A DNA stretch of 64,000 nucleotides from Minisyncoccota bacterium (GCA_036405175.1 DASWYC010000002.1:603373-667372), one strand, 5' to 3'. Positions 47,031 through 56,648 are shown, counted from the stretch's first letter. The notes: a model not told the origin generated them from the letters alone. Made by a program: numbers and translations.

Positions 47031-47381
47031 ATGGCAAAAGTATATGTTGCGAGCAATGAGGTTGATCGAGCAAAAAGTGTAATGGAGAGTCTTATTCGAG
47101 CAGGACATGAAATAATATTTGACTGGACGATTGGAATAGAGGGTGAGCAGGATAAACAGAGCAAAGCTTTGGCGGAACGAGAAGCTGTTAGAAAATGTGA
47201 TATTTTGGTCTACCTTTGGAAAGCTGATCAAGAAAGTGCTCGATTTGAAGCTGGAATGGCAATGGGGCTAAGAAAGAAAATTATTGTGGTTACGGATCAT
47301 CAGGCTTGGTTTTTTACATTACCTGAAGTGATACAAGTTAATTCTGATGATGAAATCGTTTCAGTAATTAATCTGATATAG
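47031..47381 (+). CDS. Nucleoside 2-deoxyribosyltransferase-like small Rossmann protein (116 aa)
   Basis: MAKVYVAS N-terminus and ARFEAGMAMGLRKKIIVV, resembling the Ntd-family motif around the catalytic Glu. Confidence 0.4.
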   Translation: MAKVYVASNEVDRAKSVMESLIRAGHEIIFDWTIGIEGEQDKQSKALAEREAVRKCDILVYLWKADQESARFEAGMAMGLRKKIIVVTDHQAWFFTLPEVIQVNSDDEIVSVINLI

Positions 47382-47388
47382 TTATCAT

Positions 47389-47811
47389 ATGGAGCAAGAC
47401 TTTTCACGTAAAATGTCCATCGCTGTTCGGGAAGATATGGTCTCGTGGCAACTCACTAATACTATTGGGCACATTGCTGCCGTGCTGGGTAATAAGCTAA
47501 AAGATAATTTTGATACTGGAGAGTATTTTTCTTCAAAAGAAGGAATTCAGCTTCGTCGCAATTCTCAGTATGCCATTGTTGCTCTTAAAGCAAGCTCAAG
47601 CGAACTTAAAAATCTTATTCAAAAACTGCAAGAAGGTAATTTTTTATGGGTCGCTTATACGCAAGACATGATGGATCTTATTGATGATAGTGAGCTCGTC
47701 GGTGTAATAGGGGATAAAACCCTCGATGAATTGGATATTCTTGGGGTTGGTATATTTGCAAGCAAAGATGATTTAAAAACACTCACAGGAAAGTTAAGTT
47801 TGTGGAAGTAG
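47389..47811 (+). CDS. Hypothetical protein (140 aa)
   Basis: ORF 8 nt after the previous stop. No confident family assignment. Confidence 0.4.
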   Translation: MEQDFSRKMSIAVREDMVSWQLTNTIGHIAAVLGNKLKDNFDTGEYFSSKEGIQLRRNSQYAIVALKASSSELKNLIQKLQEGNFLWVAYTQDMMDLIDDSELVGVIGDKTLDELDILGVGIFASKDDLKTLTGKLSLWK

Positions 47812-47837
47812 GAAAGTCATAGGAGTATACTTCAGAT

Positions 47838-48353
47838 ATGAAATCGATCATTCTTGGCGGTGGATGTTTCTGGTGTATAGAGGCAGTATTCCAGCAAGTG
47901 TCCGGTGTTACTAATGTGACATCGGGCTATGCTGGCGGATCAATAAAAAATCCCACATACCGAGAAGTGTGTAATGGGTTAACTGGGCATGTTGAAGTGG
48001 TGAAGGTTGAGTACGATGAGTCGCAAGTTTCACTCAAAGAATTGCTAGAAATATTTTTTGAAATACATGATCCAACATCATTTGATCGGCAGGGAGCTGA
48101 TGTGGGAACACAATATCGTTCAATAATTTTCTATACCGATCCAGAAGACAAACATACTATTTGTGAGACAATAACAGAAATCACCAATGATAAGAAGTTT
48201 GCAGATCCTATTGTGACGCTGGTAAAGCCACTTGATGAGTTTTATCCAGCAGAGGATTATCATCAGGATTACTACAATAATAATAAAGATGCGCCATACT
48301 GTGCGTTGGTCATATCACCCAAGCTAGAGAAGCTCAAAAAACTTCAGCACTAA
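47838..48353 (+). CDS. msrA: Peptide methionine sulfoxide reductase MsrA
   Basis: Active-site GGGCFWC. Conserved GYAGG, HVEVVKVEYD, GTQYRSIIF and DYHQDYY. Confidence 0.9.
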   Translation: MKSIILGGGCFWCIEAVFQQVSGVTNVTSGYAGGSIKNPTYREVCNGLTGHVEVVKVEYDESQVSLKELLEIFFEIHDPTSFDRQGADVGTQYRSIIFYTDPEDKHTICETITEITNDKKFADPIVTLVKPLDEFYPAEDYHQDYYNNNKDAPYCALVISPKLEKLKKLQH

Positions 48354-48788
48354 TTATTTATCTGTCAACTTTTGAAGAAGCTCTTTCTGGTCTTCAAGGT
48401 GCTTAAGGATAATTTCAATCTCTTGTTCAGATTTAACATTAACTTCGTAATCAGACTGCGCCCTAATCGCAGTCTGCTTATTTTCCAGAGTTTGCCCAAT
48501 TAAAATAAGAGGAAGGAGAAAAAGTTGAATTACATTTGAAATGAAAAGCCAAAGGACAAAGCTTGGAAAGGTATCAAAACGGAACTCAGCTGGCGCAAAC
48601 GTATTCCACCCAAACCAAAGAATGGTAAAGGTAAGAATAATATTAAAAAATCCAATAGTACCAATTTTGTTGGTTACTGAAAGGGCAAACTTTTCAGAAG
48701 GAGAGAGCTTTTGGCTATATTCCTTAAGGGTATCTCGTACCGGTTTGCGGCGAGAAATGACTTCATTAGTATCCGGAATGTGGTGCAT
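48354..48788 (-). CDS. DUF1003-family membrane protein
   Basis: Two TM helices (IGTIGFFNIILTFTILWF; FVLWLFISNVIQLFLLPLILI) with a charged coiled C-terminus. Confidence 0.5.
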   Translation of the reverse strand: MHHIPDTNEVISRRKPVRDTLKEYSQKLSPSEKFALSVTNKIGTIGFFNIILTFTILWFGWNTFAPAEFRFDTFPSFVLWLFISNVIQLFLLPLILIGQTLENKQTAIRAQSDYEVNVKSEQEIEIILKHLEDQKELLQKLTDK

Positions 48789-48828
48789 ATAGGGTTAGTA
48801 TACCGTAGTTAAATGGTATACTTAAGGC

Positions 48829-49500
48829 ATGTCGTATTACGATTCATTAAAACGGGTAACCATTAATCCTAAGTTTTTCCTCTACTTGGTGCTCGGGAGT
48901 GCATTTGCGGTATTTTTGGCATCACTTACTACGATTACGCCGCATTCTTTAGGGCTTTTACATAAAAATTTGTTGCTCGCATGGATTCCACTCTTTGCGG
49001 CACTCATCGGGCGACTCCTTAAAGAGGTGGATTATATTGGATATCCGCTTTGGTTAATTTCTTTGGTAATTTGGATTTTCTTTTTGCCAAACTCATTCTA
49101 TGTGGTGACCGACTTTATTCATTTAGGTGAAGGACCTGGTGTGCTCTTCTGGCTAAAGAATTTAACACTCTATTTGTCTGCAACTATTTCTTTACTAGCA
49201 GGAGTATACTCAATTGAATTGGTTCGCCCGCAACTCTTCTCATTTCAGCGATTGCATCTATGGTGGTTGTTTAATATTGTAATTTCATTCTTGGTGGGAA
49301 TTGGTGTATATCTTGGACGATTCTCGCGCCTTAATAGTTGGGATGTATTGGAGCCGGCTAAAATTGCTGATTCAATTAAAACATTACTCGACCAGCACCT
49401 GGTGATTTCTGAATGGGGATTTGTGGCTATCTTCTCATTCATTACGTTGATTTTTATTAATATTTTTCACTCACTCATTTCGCGAACAATTGGGGAATAG
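48829..49500 (+). CDS. DUF1361-family polytopic membrane protein
   Basis: Six hydrophobic helices with the conserved YVVTDFIHLGE and SWDVLEP motifs. Confidence 0.55.
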   Translation: MSYYDSLKRVTINPKFFLYLVLGSAFAVFLASLTTITPHSLGLLHKNLLLAWIPLFAALIGRLLKEVDYIGYPLWLISLVIWIFFLPNSFYVVTDFIHLGEGPGVLFWLKNLTLYLSATISLLAGVYSIELVRPQLFSFQRLHLWWLFNIVISFLVGIGVYLGRFSRLNSWDVLEPAKIADSIKTLLDQHLVISEWGFVAIFSFITLIFINIFHSLISRTIGE

Positions 49501-49502
49501 CA

Positions 49503-49527
49503 AAACGCCCTTCAGAAAAGGGCGTTT
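49503..49527 (+). terminator. Rho-independent terminator
   Basis: aaacgccc-ttcagaaaa-gggcgttt followed by caatt. Confidence 0.75.
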
Positions 49528-49553
49528 CAATTAATCTTAAAATCCTGTTAAAT

Positions 49554-50015
49554 TTATACCAGTGAGCTTTTTACCTGATAGAGGAATATGGTGCCTATAA
49601 ATTTAACAAAATCATCCAGCGAATCTTTAAGGGCGTTGAGTTTTGTAGTAAACCAAGTTTTAACATTTTTAAATTCTGACTCACTAATTACTTCGGTAAA
49701 TGCAGTAATGAAACTTTCAAGTGAGGTTTTTGTTTTACCTAACTTCTTAAGAATGGTAGCAGCTAAAGCTTTTAGATATCCAACATCTGCTGCGTTGAAC
49801 CTATAAGATGGTGTAGTTGCTACCAAATTTAATTCAAAAGTTAATTCTGATGGGCTATCGTAGAAAACTTTCTGTAACTTTTCAAAAAAGTTTGCATCCA
49901 CCACATTATCACCTATCATGTAGGAGGTAGTTAATGTCTGATTTGCACTTTTTCCGGCTGCTACATTGGCAATGGAAGATCCAGAAGAATCAAATTGTTT
50001 TTTCATGATACACAA
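49554..50015 (-). CDS. Hypothetical protein (153 aa)
   Basis: ORF with no recognisable motifs. Confidence 0.4.
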   Translation of the reverse strand: MCIMKKQFDSSGSSIANVAAGKSANQTLTTSYMIGDNVVDANFFEKLQKVFYDSPSELTFELNLVATTPSYRFNAADVGYLKALAATILKKLGKTKTSLESFITAFTEVISESEFKNVKTWFTTKLNALKDSLDDFVKFIGTIFLYQVKSSLV

Positions 50016-50227
50016 AAATAAATAAGGTTAAAAATTGATTGAATTTTTTACTCTCTCAAAAATCCTGTCTGCGGGGACAGCGCATGAAGAATTTTTAAGG
50101 ATATTAGATTCCTACTGTACTACGCTTCACATAATTTGGCAATACCTGTCAATCGAGTCTGTTGAAAACCTTGAAAACTCAATACTTGCATGACATCCTC
50201 AACAATATTTGTTACTATTACGAGAGT

Positions 50228-51667
50228 ATGAAGGATAAAAACACACCTATCACACCACGCGCTGAAGATTACAGTCAGTGGTATTTGGACGTTATCAGAG
50301 AAGCTGATTTGTGTGATTATTCTCCCGTAAAAGGATGTATGATCCTGAAGCCTCGCGGATATGCGTTATGGGAACAAGCAGTGTCATTTTTGGATGCAGA
50401 AATTAAAAAGTCTGGAGTACAAAACGCCTATTTTCCATTATTTATTCCTCAGCGCCTCCTTACTAAAGAAAAAGAACACGTAGAAGGATTTGCGCCAGAA
50501 CTTGCAATCGTAACTCATGGGGGCGGTGAAGCATTGGATGAGCCATTGGTTGTGCGTCCAACCTCAGAAACTATTATGTATGAGACCTTTAAAGATTGGG
50601 TTCAATCATATCGTGATTTGCCATTGTTGATTAATCAATGGGCAAACGTAGTACGTTGGGAAAAGAAAACCAAGCCATTCCTCAGAACCACCGAATTTTT
50701 ATGGCAAGAAGGTCACACCGTGCATGCAACATATGAAGAAGCAGAGCAGCGAACGTTGGATATGCTTGATATGTATCGTCGGTATTCAGAAAAAATGTTG
50801 GCACTTCCAGTAATTGTTGGACAAAAGACCGAGCAGGAAAAGTTTGCCGGTGCTCTTAAAACCTACACGTGCGAAGCAATGATGCAGGATGGAAAAGCAC
50901 TTCAGTTTGCAACCTCACATAACCTTGGACAAAACTTTGCTAAAGCATTTGAAATTAATTTCTTAACTGAAAAAAATGAATACGAATTTGGATGGCAAAC
51001 CTCATGGGGGGTAACTACTCGTTCAATTGGGGGAATGATCATGGCGCACTCAGATGATAAAGGATTAGTGATTCCACCAAATATGGCTGCAACAAAGGTT
51101 GTGATTATTCCATTCTTAAAGGGTGGAGAAGATGATGCTAAGGTGCTTGCATACGCAGAACAGCTTGCAAGTGAACTTAAAAATAACTCAATTACCGCAA
51201 CTATTGATGTGACCGATAAACGTCCTGGAGAAAAGCACTATCAGCATGAACGATTTGGTACACCAATTCGTATTGAAGTGGGTGGGCGTGAGCTTGAGAA
51301 TAACTCATTTGTATACATTGCTCGCGATCTTTCAGAAAAACAAACTGCAGAATCTAAAAATCTTGTAGAGACCATTAAGAATGAGCTTACCAATATGCAT
51401 GGACGTCTTTTTGATATCGTGCAAAATCGCCTTGATACTAACATTCAAGATGTTTCAACCTACGAAGAATTTAAACAAGCAATTGAAGATGGAAAGTTTG
51501 TACGCTGTTTCTTTGACGGCACCGCAAAAACTGAAGAACTTATTAAAGAAGAAACTGGTGCATCAACACGGTGTTATCCGCTTTCAGAAGTCGAACAGTC
51601 TGGCATCTGTATTAAGACAGGTGTTCCGGTAACATCTAAGAAAGTTATCTTTGCGCGTGCGTATTAG
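50228..51667 (+). CDS. proS: Prolyl-tRNA synthetase, archaeal/eukaryotic-type short form
   Basis: N-terminus M..ITPRAEDYSQWYLDVI, class II motifs and a C-terminal Zn-like domain, ~480 aa. Start taken at ATG 50228 rather than the track's TTG at 50162. Confidence 0.85.
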   Translation: MKDKNTPITPRAEDYSQWYLDVIREADLCDYSPVKGCMILKPRGYALWEQAVSFLDAEIKKSGVQNAYFPLFIPQRLLTKEKEHVEGFAPELAIVTHGGGEALDEPLVVRPTSETIMYETFKDWVQSYRDLPLLINQWANVVRWEKKTKPFLRTTEFLWQEGHTVHATYEEAEQRTLDMLDMYRRYSEKMLALPVIVGQKTEQEKFAGALKTYTCEAMMQDGKALQFATSHNLGQNFAKAFEINFLTEKNEYEFGWQTSWGVTTRSIGGMIMAHSDDKGLVIPPNMAATKVVIIPFLKGGEDDAKVLAYAEQLASELKNNSITATIDVTDKRPGEKHYQHERFGTPIRIEVGGRELENNSFVYIARDLSEKQTAESKNLVETIKNELTNMHGRLFDIVQNRLDTNIQDVSTYEEFKQAIEDGKFVRCFFDGTAKTEELIKEETGASTRCYPLSEVEQSGICIKTGVPVTSKKVIFARAY

Positions 51668-51670
51668 CTT

Positions 51671-52084
51671 ATGGATTTTGCAGAAATGTTGCTCACACAT
51701 GACCTGCGCCCAACAGAAAAGCGTGTTAAACTCTTTGAATTACTCTATTACACCAATAAGCCAGTAACTATTGAAACGATTCATAAAAAGCTGAAGCGAT
51801 TCATGGATAAAGTGACTATTTATCGCAATCTTGAACAACTCGTTGCTGTTGGATTGGTACAAAAGTCTGACTTTTTGCATGGTGCATCATATTTTGAATA
51901 CAAAGAAGACGGTAAGCAGAATTATCATATTACCTGCAGAATCTGTGGAAGTGTGAGTCACTTTTACGATGAAAAGCTTGAGAAGGTGCTTACATCAATT
52001 CAAAAAATCCGAGGATACAGAGAAGTGACAGGTCATTCATGTGAGTTTTTTGGTGTATGTTCACGTTGTAAGGCAGACAAATAG
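51671..52084 (+). CDS. Fur-family metal-responsive transcriptional regulator
   Basis: Winged-helix N-terminus (RPTEKRVKLFELLYYTNKPVTIETIHKKL). C-terminal metal site HHITCRICG...C..C. Confidence 0.75.
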   Translation: MDFAEMLLTHDLRPTEKRVKLFELLYYTNKPVTIETIHKKLKRFMDKVTIYRNLEQLVAVGLVQKSDFLHGASYFEYKEDGKQNYHITCRICGSVSHFYDEKLEKVLTSIQKIRGYREVTGHSCEFFGVCSRCKADK

Positions 52085-52165
52085 CTGCCACTGTACGCAC
52101 ATAGTGAAAAGTGGCCTAATAGAAAATTCACTCAAGAAAAAGAGCTCAAATGCTATACTTATTCT

Positions 52166-53425
52166 ATGGAAAAGAATAAAAATAAGATGCTCTTTACGAT
52201 CTTTTTGGTGGTATTCCTTGATTTGCTTGGCCTTACTATTGCGATTCCGGTAATTACACCGCTTTTTATTGATCACTCTCTTGGACTTTTTGATGTTGAT
52301 CTTCCATACAAAGCACGCACTTTTTATTTAGGGTGTATTGTGGCACTCTATCCGCTCATGCAGCTTTTTGGTGCACCGCTTATTGGGCGCTGGTCAGATA
52401 AAGTAGGTCGTAAGCGTGCACTGATGGTGTCATTGATTGGAACATTTTTTGGACACATCTTATTTGCATTAGGGGTTATTTTGCGCAATGTGCCGCTGTT
52501 GTATGTATCGCGTGGAATCGATGGGTTTACCGGCGGAAATATTTCTGTAGTGCAATCAATCATTGCAGATGTGAGTGAGCCACAGGAAAAAGCTAAAAAC
52601 TTTGGAATTGTTGGAATGGGGGTAGGGCTTGGGCTTATTCTTGGGCCTGCGCTTGGAGGTGTGCTTTCTGATGCAACAATTTTCCCATGGTTTGGGCCAG
52701 CCTTGCCGTTTATTGTGTCGGGAATCCTAACAGCCATTAATGTGTGGTTTGTTGAGAAATATATTAAAGAAACACTGCATTCTAAAGTTTCAAAAGATGT
52801 CACACCACGTCTTAATATGTGGCAGAGTCTTAAAACGGTGTTTGGTAACAAGACCATCCGTTCACTCTATCTGACAACATTTTTGTTTATGGCAGGGTTT
52901 ACGTTCTTTACTCAGTTCTTCCAAGTATTTGCAATTGATCGTTTTGAGTTATCTCAGCGCAACATTGGATTTATCTTTGCATTGGTAGGAGTATTTGTTG
53001 CACTTACACAAGGGGTGCTGGTGCGTAATCAGCCAAAACATTGGAAGAATTATAATATTCCACTCTCAATGCTTTTAATGCTCGGAACTATTTTTATTCT
53101 CTTGTCTGCATCAACGATGGTCTGGCACGTATTAATTTTAATTCCACCAATTGCTGTTGGGATTGGAATGAGTATGCCAAATGTTAAATCTCTGCTTTCT
53201 AACGCAACCGATGAAAATATGCAGGGAGAGGTGTTGGGAATTGAACAATCGTTAAATGCATTAGCAAACGCTATCCCTCCATTGATTGCGGGGGTGATTG
53301 CAGGAATCCAGCCAAATCTGCCAATGATCGCTGCGGGGGTTGTTGTGTTGTTTGCATGGATAAGTTACACACGCTCACGACAGCTTTATCTTAAGCGCTA
53401 CGTTCATACACAAAAAACCAGCTAA
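52166..53425 (+). CDS. MFS transporter
   Basis: Twelve predicted TM helices. MFS motif A-like GRWSDKVGRKRALM in loop 2-3. Confidence 0.8.
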   Translation: MEKNKNKMLFTIFLVVFLDLLGLTIAIPVITPLFIDHSLGLFDVDLPYKARTFYLGCIVALYPLMQLFGAPLIGRWSDKVGRKRALMVSLIGTFFGHILFALGVILRNVPLLYVSRGIDGFTGGNISVVQSIIADVSEPQEKAKNFGIVGMGVGLGLILGPALGGVLSDATIFPWFGPALPFIVSGILTAINVWFVEKYIKETLHSKVSKDVTPRLNMWQSLKTVFGNKTIRSLYLTTFLFMAGFTFFTQFFQVFAIDRFELSQRNIGFIFALVGVFVALTQGVLVRNQPKHWKNYNIPLSMLLMLGTIFILLSASTMVWHVLILIPPIAVGIGMSMPNVKSLLSNATDENMQGEVLGIEQSLNALANAIPPLIAGVIAGIQPNLPMIAAGVVVLFAWISYTRSRQLYLKRYVHTQKTS

Positions 53426-53440
53426 CGAGCTGGTTTTTAT
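53417..53440 (+). terminator. Rho-independent terminator (overlaps the stop codon)
   Basis: ccagct-aacg-agctgg followed by ttttta. Confidence 0.75.
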
Positions 53441-53456
53441 AATACTTTCAAAATAG

Positions 53457-56204
53457 TTATTCTCGCTTAAATCGTCCAAAGATTTCTGCTTCAACTTCAG
53501 CCCGTATGTGGCCATGTTTAAGTTGAGATAATTCTTTAAGCTTATCAATATTATCCCGATTACCTTGAGGAAGCTCTAGCGTGTGGATATTAAATGCTCG
53601 TTGAGGAACACCGCCAGACAGCATAGAAACATATGCATTTCGGTTCTTCTGTTTAATAATATCTTCCTTGGTAAACACTGGGTCAAGACGCTTTTGTAGC
53701 TGTTCTGCATCGTCAGGGTCAACACGGAAAATTGCCATGGTTCCAACGTTTCCAAATACTGCATTTCTAATACCATCATCAAGCTGGCGCAAATACTGGT
53801 GAGCAACATTCAATGACAATCTATATTTACGAGCTTCAGACAAGATAGATGCAATTGATGGAGTTGTAACATTCTGGAACTCATCTAAGTACAGATAAAA
53901 ATCTTTATGTTGTTGTCCATATGCTGCACCAGCACGCCCGAGTGCTGCCATTTGGATTTTGTTCACGAGCACCAATCCAATCAAACTTGCATTGAGTTCT
54001 CCAAGGCGACCCTTAGAAAGATTTACAATTAAAATCTTTCCTTGATCCATGATCTCGCGAATATTTATTGAAGATTTTTGCTGCAAAATAATGGGGCGCA
54101 AAAATTCATTAGTAATGAATGGGTCAAAGAAGCGGGTAACATAGGGAACAAAGTTTTCGAGTGCTTGATCACCTTTAGCCTTTTTGGCATTCTCAAAGAA
54201 CTGATTAATGATAGGATTTTTACATTTTGCTAATTTTGCTTCCCGGAATGCCTCATCACCCAAAACACGGGTAATTTCAAGCAAAGTGCTTCCAGACTCA
54301 GGATCTTCCATTACGAGCATTGCTGAGTTTTTAAAGTATTGTTCAAATGCAGGACCAGCTGTTGCTTTCATATCAAAGAGCTTGTTAAAAATCACCATAA
54401 GCTCATCAATTACTAACGTCTTTTGTTCGGGGAATAGAGGATCATATTCCAACATGTTAAGCCCCATGGGTCGTTCGGTATTTGCAGGATCAAAGTAAAT
54501 CACATCATCAATACGATGCGGTGGAATCAAAGAAAGAATCGTTTGTGCGTCAGTTCCGTGTGGATCAATATAGCAAACACCTTCGCCGTTATTAATATCC
54601 TGGAGAATCATGGTCAAAAGCGTTCCGGTCTTTCCGGTTCCTGTTTGTCCAATTGCATAAAAGTGGCGCATGCGATCATCCTTTGGATAATGAATTTCAG
54701 TATCTTTACCAGCATTATTATTAATGCCTAAAAGAATTCCTTCTTGAACAAGCTCAAGCGGAGCTGGGGCAGTTTTTGCTTCATTGAATTTAACTTCTGG
54801 GATAAGGTTCTGGCTGAGTTGAGGGAAGTGGAAAATAGTTGCCAACTCTTCTGAGCTTAGAATAAATTTACTGTTGCCTCCAAATTCGCGGAAGATAAAT
54901 TTGGTGATAAAGGTTTCCATGCTTTTATCTGGAACACGGCTCACGACATATGAGTTTCCCGAAGGGTGACGTAAGTGCATGATTGATCCACCAACTTCAG
55001 TAATCAGCGCATCAGACTTTTGCTTGCTTTGGGTACACACTACAATGTTCATTGAAACGCGGAACAAGTGGTGACCAAGTTTTTTCTGAAGGAGACCTTG
55101 GCGCTCAGAGTCATTATGATTAAGTGAATCTTTTTTGTCCTCATCAGATCTACCACTTAAAAAGAGGGAGTTGAGCGCTTTTGAAACAGCATGTTGAGAC
55201 GCTTCTTCTATTGCTTCTTTCATCTTTTTTCCTTTTTGAAGCAACTTATTCACTTCTTCAAGTTCTTTTCGATCTTCTTTCTTTTCAGTTGCTACCGTAA
55301 TTTGAATCGTGGCGCCTTCCGTTTCTTTTTCAAGACGAGACAACATATTAACAATTACCTGAAGCGGATCAGTTTCATAATCGTTATATGAGGGAAGGGT
55401 ATATGATGAATGTTCTTTAAGGTGAACTTCTGCAGCTGCAAGATATCCAGACTCCAAAAACATATTGGTATCATCAAGAAGTTCTTTTACTTGAATGGTT
55501 GGGAAAAATCCAATGATCGATTTCTCAATTGCTGTTTTTGATTCTTTTGGTACGGCAACAAAAAACACAATTTGTCCACGTGAAGGAATGAATGAGATTT
55601 CAAAATTAATACTTTCGTTTTCGCCAAGCATTGAAGATATAGAGGTATACACTTGTTCCATGGTTGCAGCTAATGCTTTGTGAGATGTTCGTTCGCCTTG
55701 ATGATCAGGAGCAATAGTAATTTCAAGAAGTGTCTTGTGAGTTGGTTCAAAAAAACGGGACTCAATCTTAAGTTCTTGCCCATTCATTTTTTGATATGCG
55801 CGAACATACTGGATAAGAAAGCGATGAAAATCATCTTCAATATGAGGATTATGAAGACCTTCAACAAGTGCCAGTGTTTTTGCAATGCCATGCGCTTCTA
55901 AAAATGAAAAGAGCACCTGCATGTTTTGGTCATGAGATTCCGGAGTAAGAAGCTGTTGAACTTCTTGAAAGAGTGGTTGATGCTGTGCAACTTGTTCCTG
56001 GGGAAGCTGAGGAATAGTTTGTTGAACAATCTCTTTTGATTTTACTACTTGTTCCTTAATGGGGAGGTTTTTAAATTGAGGCTGTTTAAATGCTTCATGA
56101 TTACGATAGTATTCAAGCTCCTGTTGAATGTGTGCAGGAATTTTTTCCGGGGTGGGTGCTGATGGTGCGGGTGTAAAATTAGGATTAAGAGGAATCTCAT
56201 TCAT
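53457..56204 (-). CDS. VirD4/TraG/TraD-like type IV coupling protein ATPase with a ~450-aa N-terminal extension
   Basis: Walker A YAIGQTGTGKTGTLLTM, Walker B FYLYLDEFQNV, and conserved C-terminal T4CP region. The N-terminal half is Q/E/K-rich and lacks the usual two-TM anchor. Confidence 0.7.
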   Translation of the reverse strand: MNEIPLNPNFTPAPSAPTPEKIPAHIQQELEYYRNHEAFKQPQFKNLPIKEQVVKSKEIVQQTIPQLPQEQVAQHQPLFQEVQQLLTPESHDQNMQVLFSFLEAHGIAKTLALVEGLHNPHIEDDFHRFLIQYVRAYQKMNGQELKIESRFFEPTHKTLLEITIAPDHQGERTSHKALAATMEQVYTSISSMLGENESINFEISFIPSRGQIVFFVAVPKESKTAIEKSIIGFFPTIQVKELLDDTNMFLESGYLAAAEVHLKEHSSYTLPSYNDYETDPLQVIVNMLSRLEKETEGATIQITVATEKKEDRKELEEVNKLLQKGKKMKEAIEEASQHAVSKALNSLFLSGRSDEDKKDSLNHNDSERQGLLQKKLGHHLFRVSMNIVVCTQSKQKSDALITEVGGSIMHLRHPSGNSYVVSRVPDKSMETFITKFIFREFGGNSKFILSSEELATIFHFPQLSQNLIPEVKFNEAKTAPAPLELVQEGILLGINNNAGKDTEIHYPKDDRMRHFYAIGQTGTGKTGTLLTMILQDINNGEGVCYIDPHGTDAQTILSLIPPHRIDDVIYFDPANTERPMGLNMLEYDPLFPEQKTLVIDELMVIFNKLFDMKATAGPAFEQYFKNSAMLVMEDPESGSTLLEITRVLGDEAFREAKLAKCKNPIINQFFENAKKAKGDQALENFVPYVTRFFDPFITNEFLRPIILQQKSSINIREIMDQGKILIVNLSKGRLGELNASLIGLVLVNKIQMAALGRAGAAYGQQHKDFYLYLDEFQNVTTPSIASILSEARKYRLSLNVAHQYLRQLDDGIRNAVFGNVGTMAIFRVDPDDAEQLQKRLDPVFTKEDIIKQKNRNAYVSMLSGGVPQRAFNIHTLELPQGNRDNIDKLKELSQLKHGHIRAEVEAEIFGRFKRE

Positions 56205-56228
56205 GCGTAAATTATATCATTGTGATTT

Positions 56229-56343
56229 AAAAAACTTTCTTGAAGCCAGCGCCTCAATGTTAACGCTTGATGATTATTATAGTTGCACCCAGAGCTCGTG
56301 CTCCTTAATAGTCGTCTGTGCAACTAGTTTCAAAAAGTTTTTT
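56229..56343 (+). ncRNA. Candidate structured RNA element, copy 2
   Basis: Outer stem aaaaaactttcttgaa/ttcaaaaagtttttt. Inner stem gatgattatta/taatagtcgtc carries two G·U wobbles at positions that are Watson-Crick in copy 1. A third helix agttgcac/gtgcaact is also present. Confidence 0.4.
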
Positions 56344-56357
56344 GTGAGATTTAGTTT

Positions 56358-56386
56358 TTGACGATAAGGCATAAATGTGCATAATG
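56358..56386 (+). promoter_or_regulatory. Promoter TTGACG-N17-ATAATG (TG-extended)
   Basis: ttgacg 56358..56363, tg 56378..56379, cataat/ataatg 56380..56386. Lies 22 nt upstream of the ATG at 56408. Confidence 0.5.
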
Positions 56387-56407
56387 AGAACATTAAACCT
56401 TATTAAG

Positions 56408-56554
56408 ATGGTACACCGAAAACTAAAGAGAGAAGCATCTCAGTTCAGAGCCTCAACTCGCAAAGAGAAAAAAGGAAGATATAGTAAAGCCGAAAAAGAG
56501 GATTCTAAAGACAACAGCTCAGCAGCAATTCAAACCGCTACAGCTGAAAATTAA
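56408..56554 (+). CDS. Unannotated small basic protein (48 aa)
   Basis: Translation MVHRKLKREASQFRASTRKEKKGRYSKAEKEDSKDNSSAAIQTATAEN. Promoter upstream and hairpin terminator 56576..56608 downstream. No SD. Confidence 0.4.
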   Translation: MVHRKLKREASQFRASTRKEKKGRYSKAEKEDSKDNSSAAIQTATAEN

Positions 56555-56575
56555 ATCTTTACAGATTCTTCAGAA

Positions 56576-56608
56576 GAAGCCCATGGATTTTGTCTATGGG
56601 CTTTTGTT
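56576..56608 (+). terminator. Rho-independent terminator
   Basis: agcccat-ggattttgtct-atgggct followed by tttgttg. Confidence 0.65.
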
Positions 56609-56620
56609 GTATAAAAACCT

Positions 56621-56648
56621 AGATAAAAATAAAACCCCGTTAAGGGCT
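56621..56648 (-). terminator. Rho-independent terminator for rpmB (minus strand)
   Basis: Reverse strand reads aaagccc-ttaac-ggggttt followed by tatttttat, starting directly after the rpmB stop. Confidence 0.7.

Noticed and set aside
50040-50227. Possible T-box or attenuator leader upstream of proS
   Set aside because: No T-box consensus (AATTAGGGTGGNACCGCG-like) could be recognised. Only a short ctgtc-tgcggg-gacag hairpin is present.
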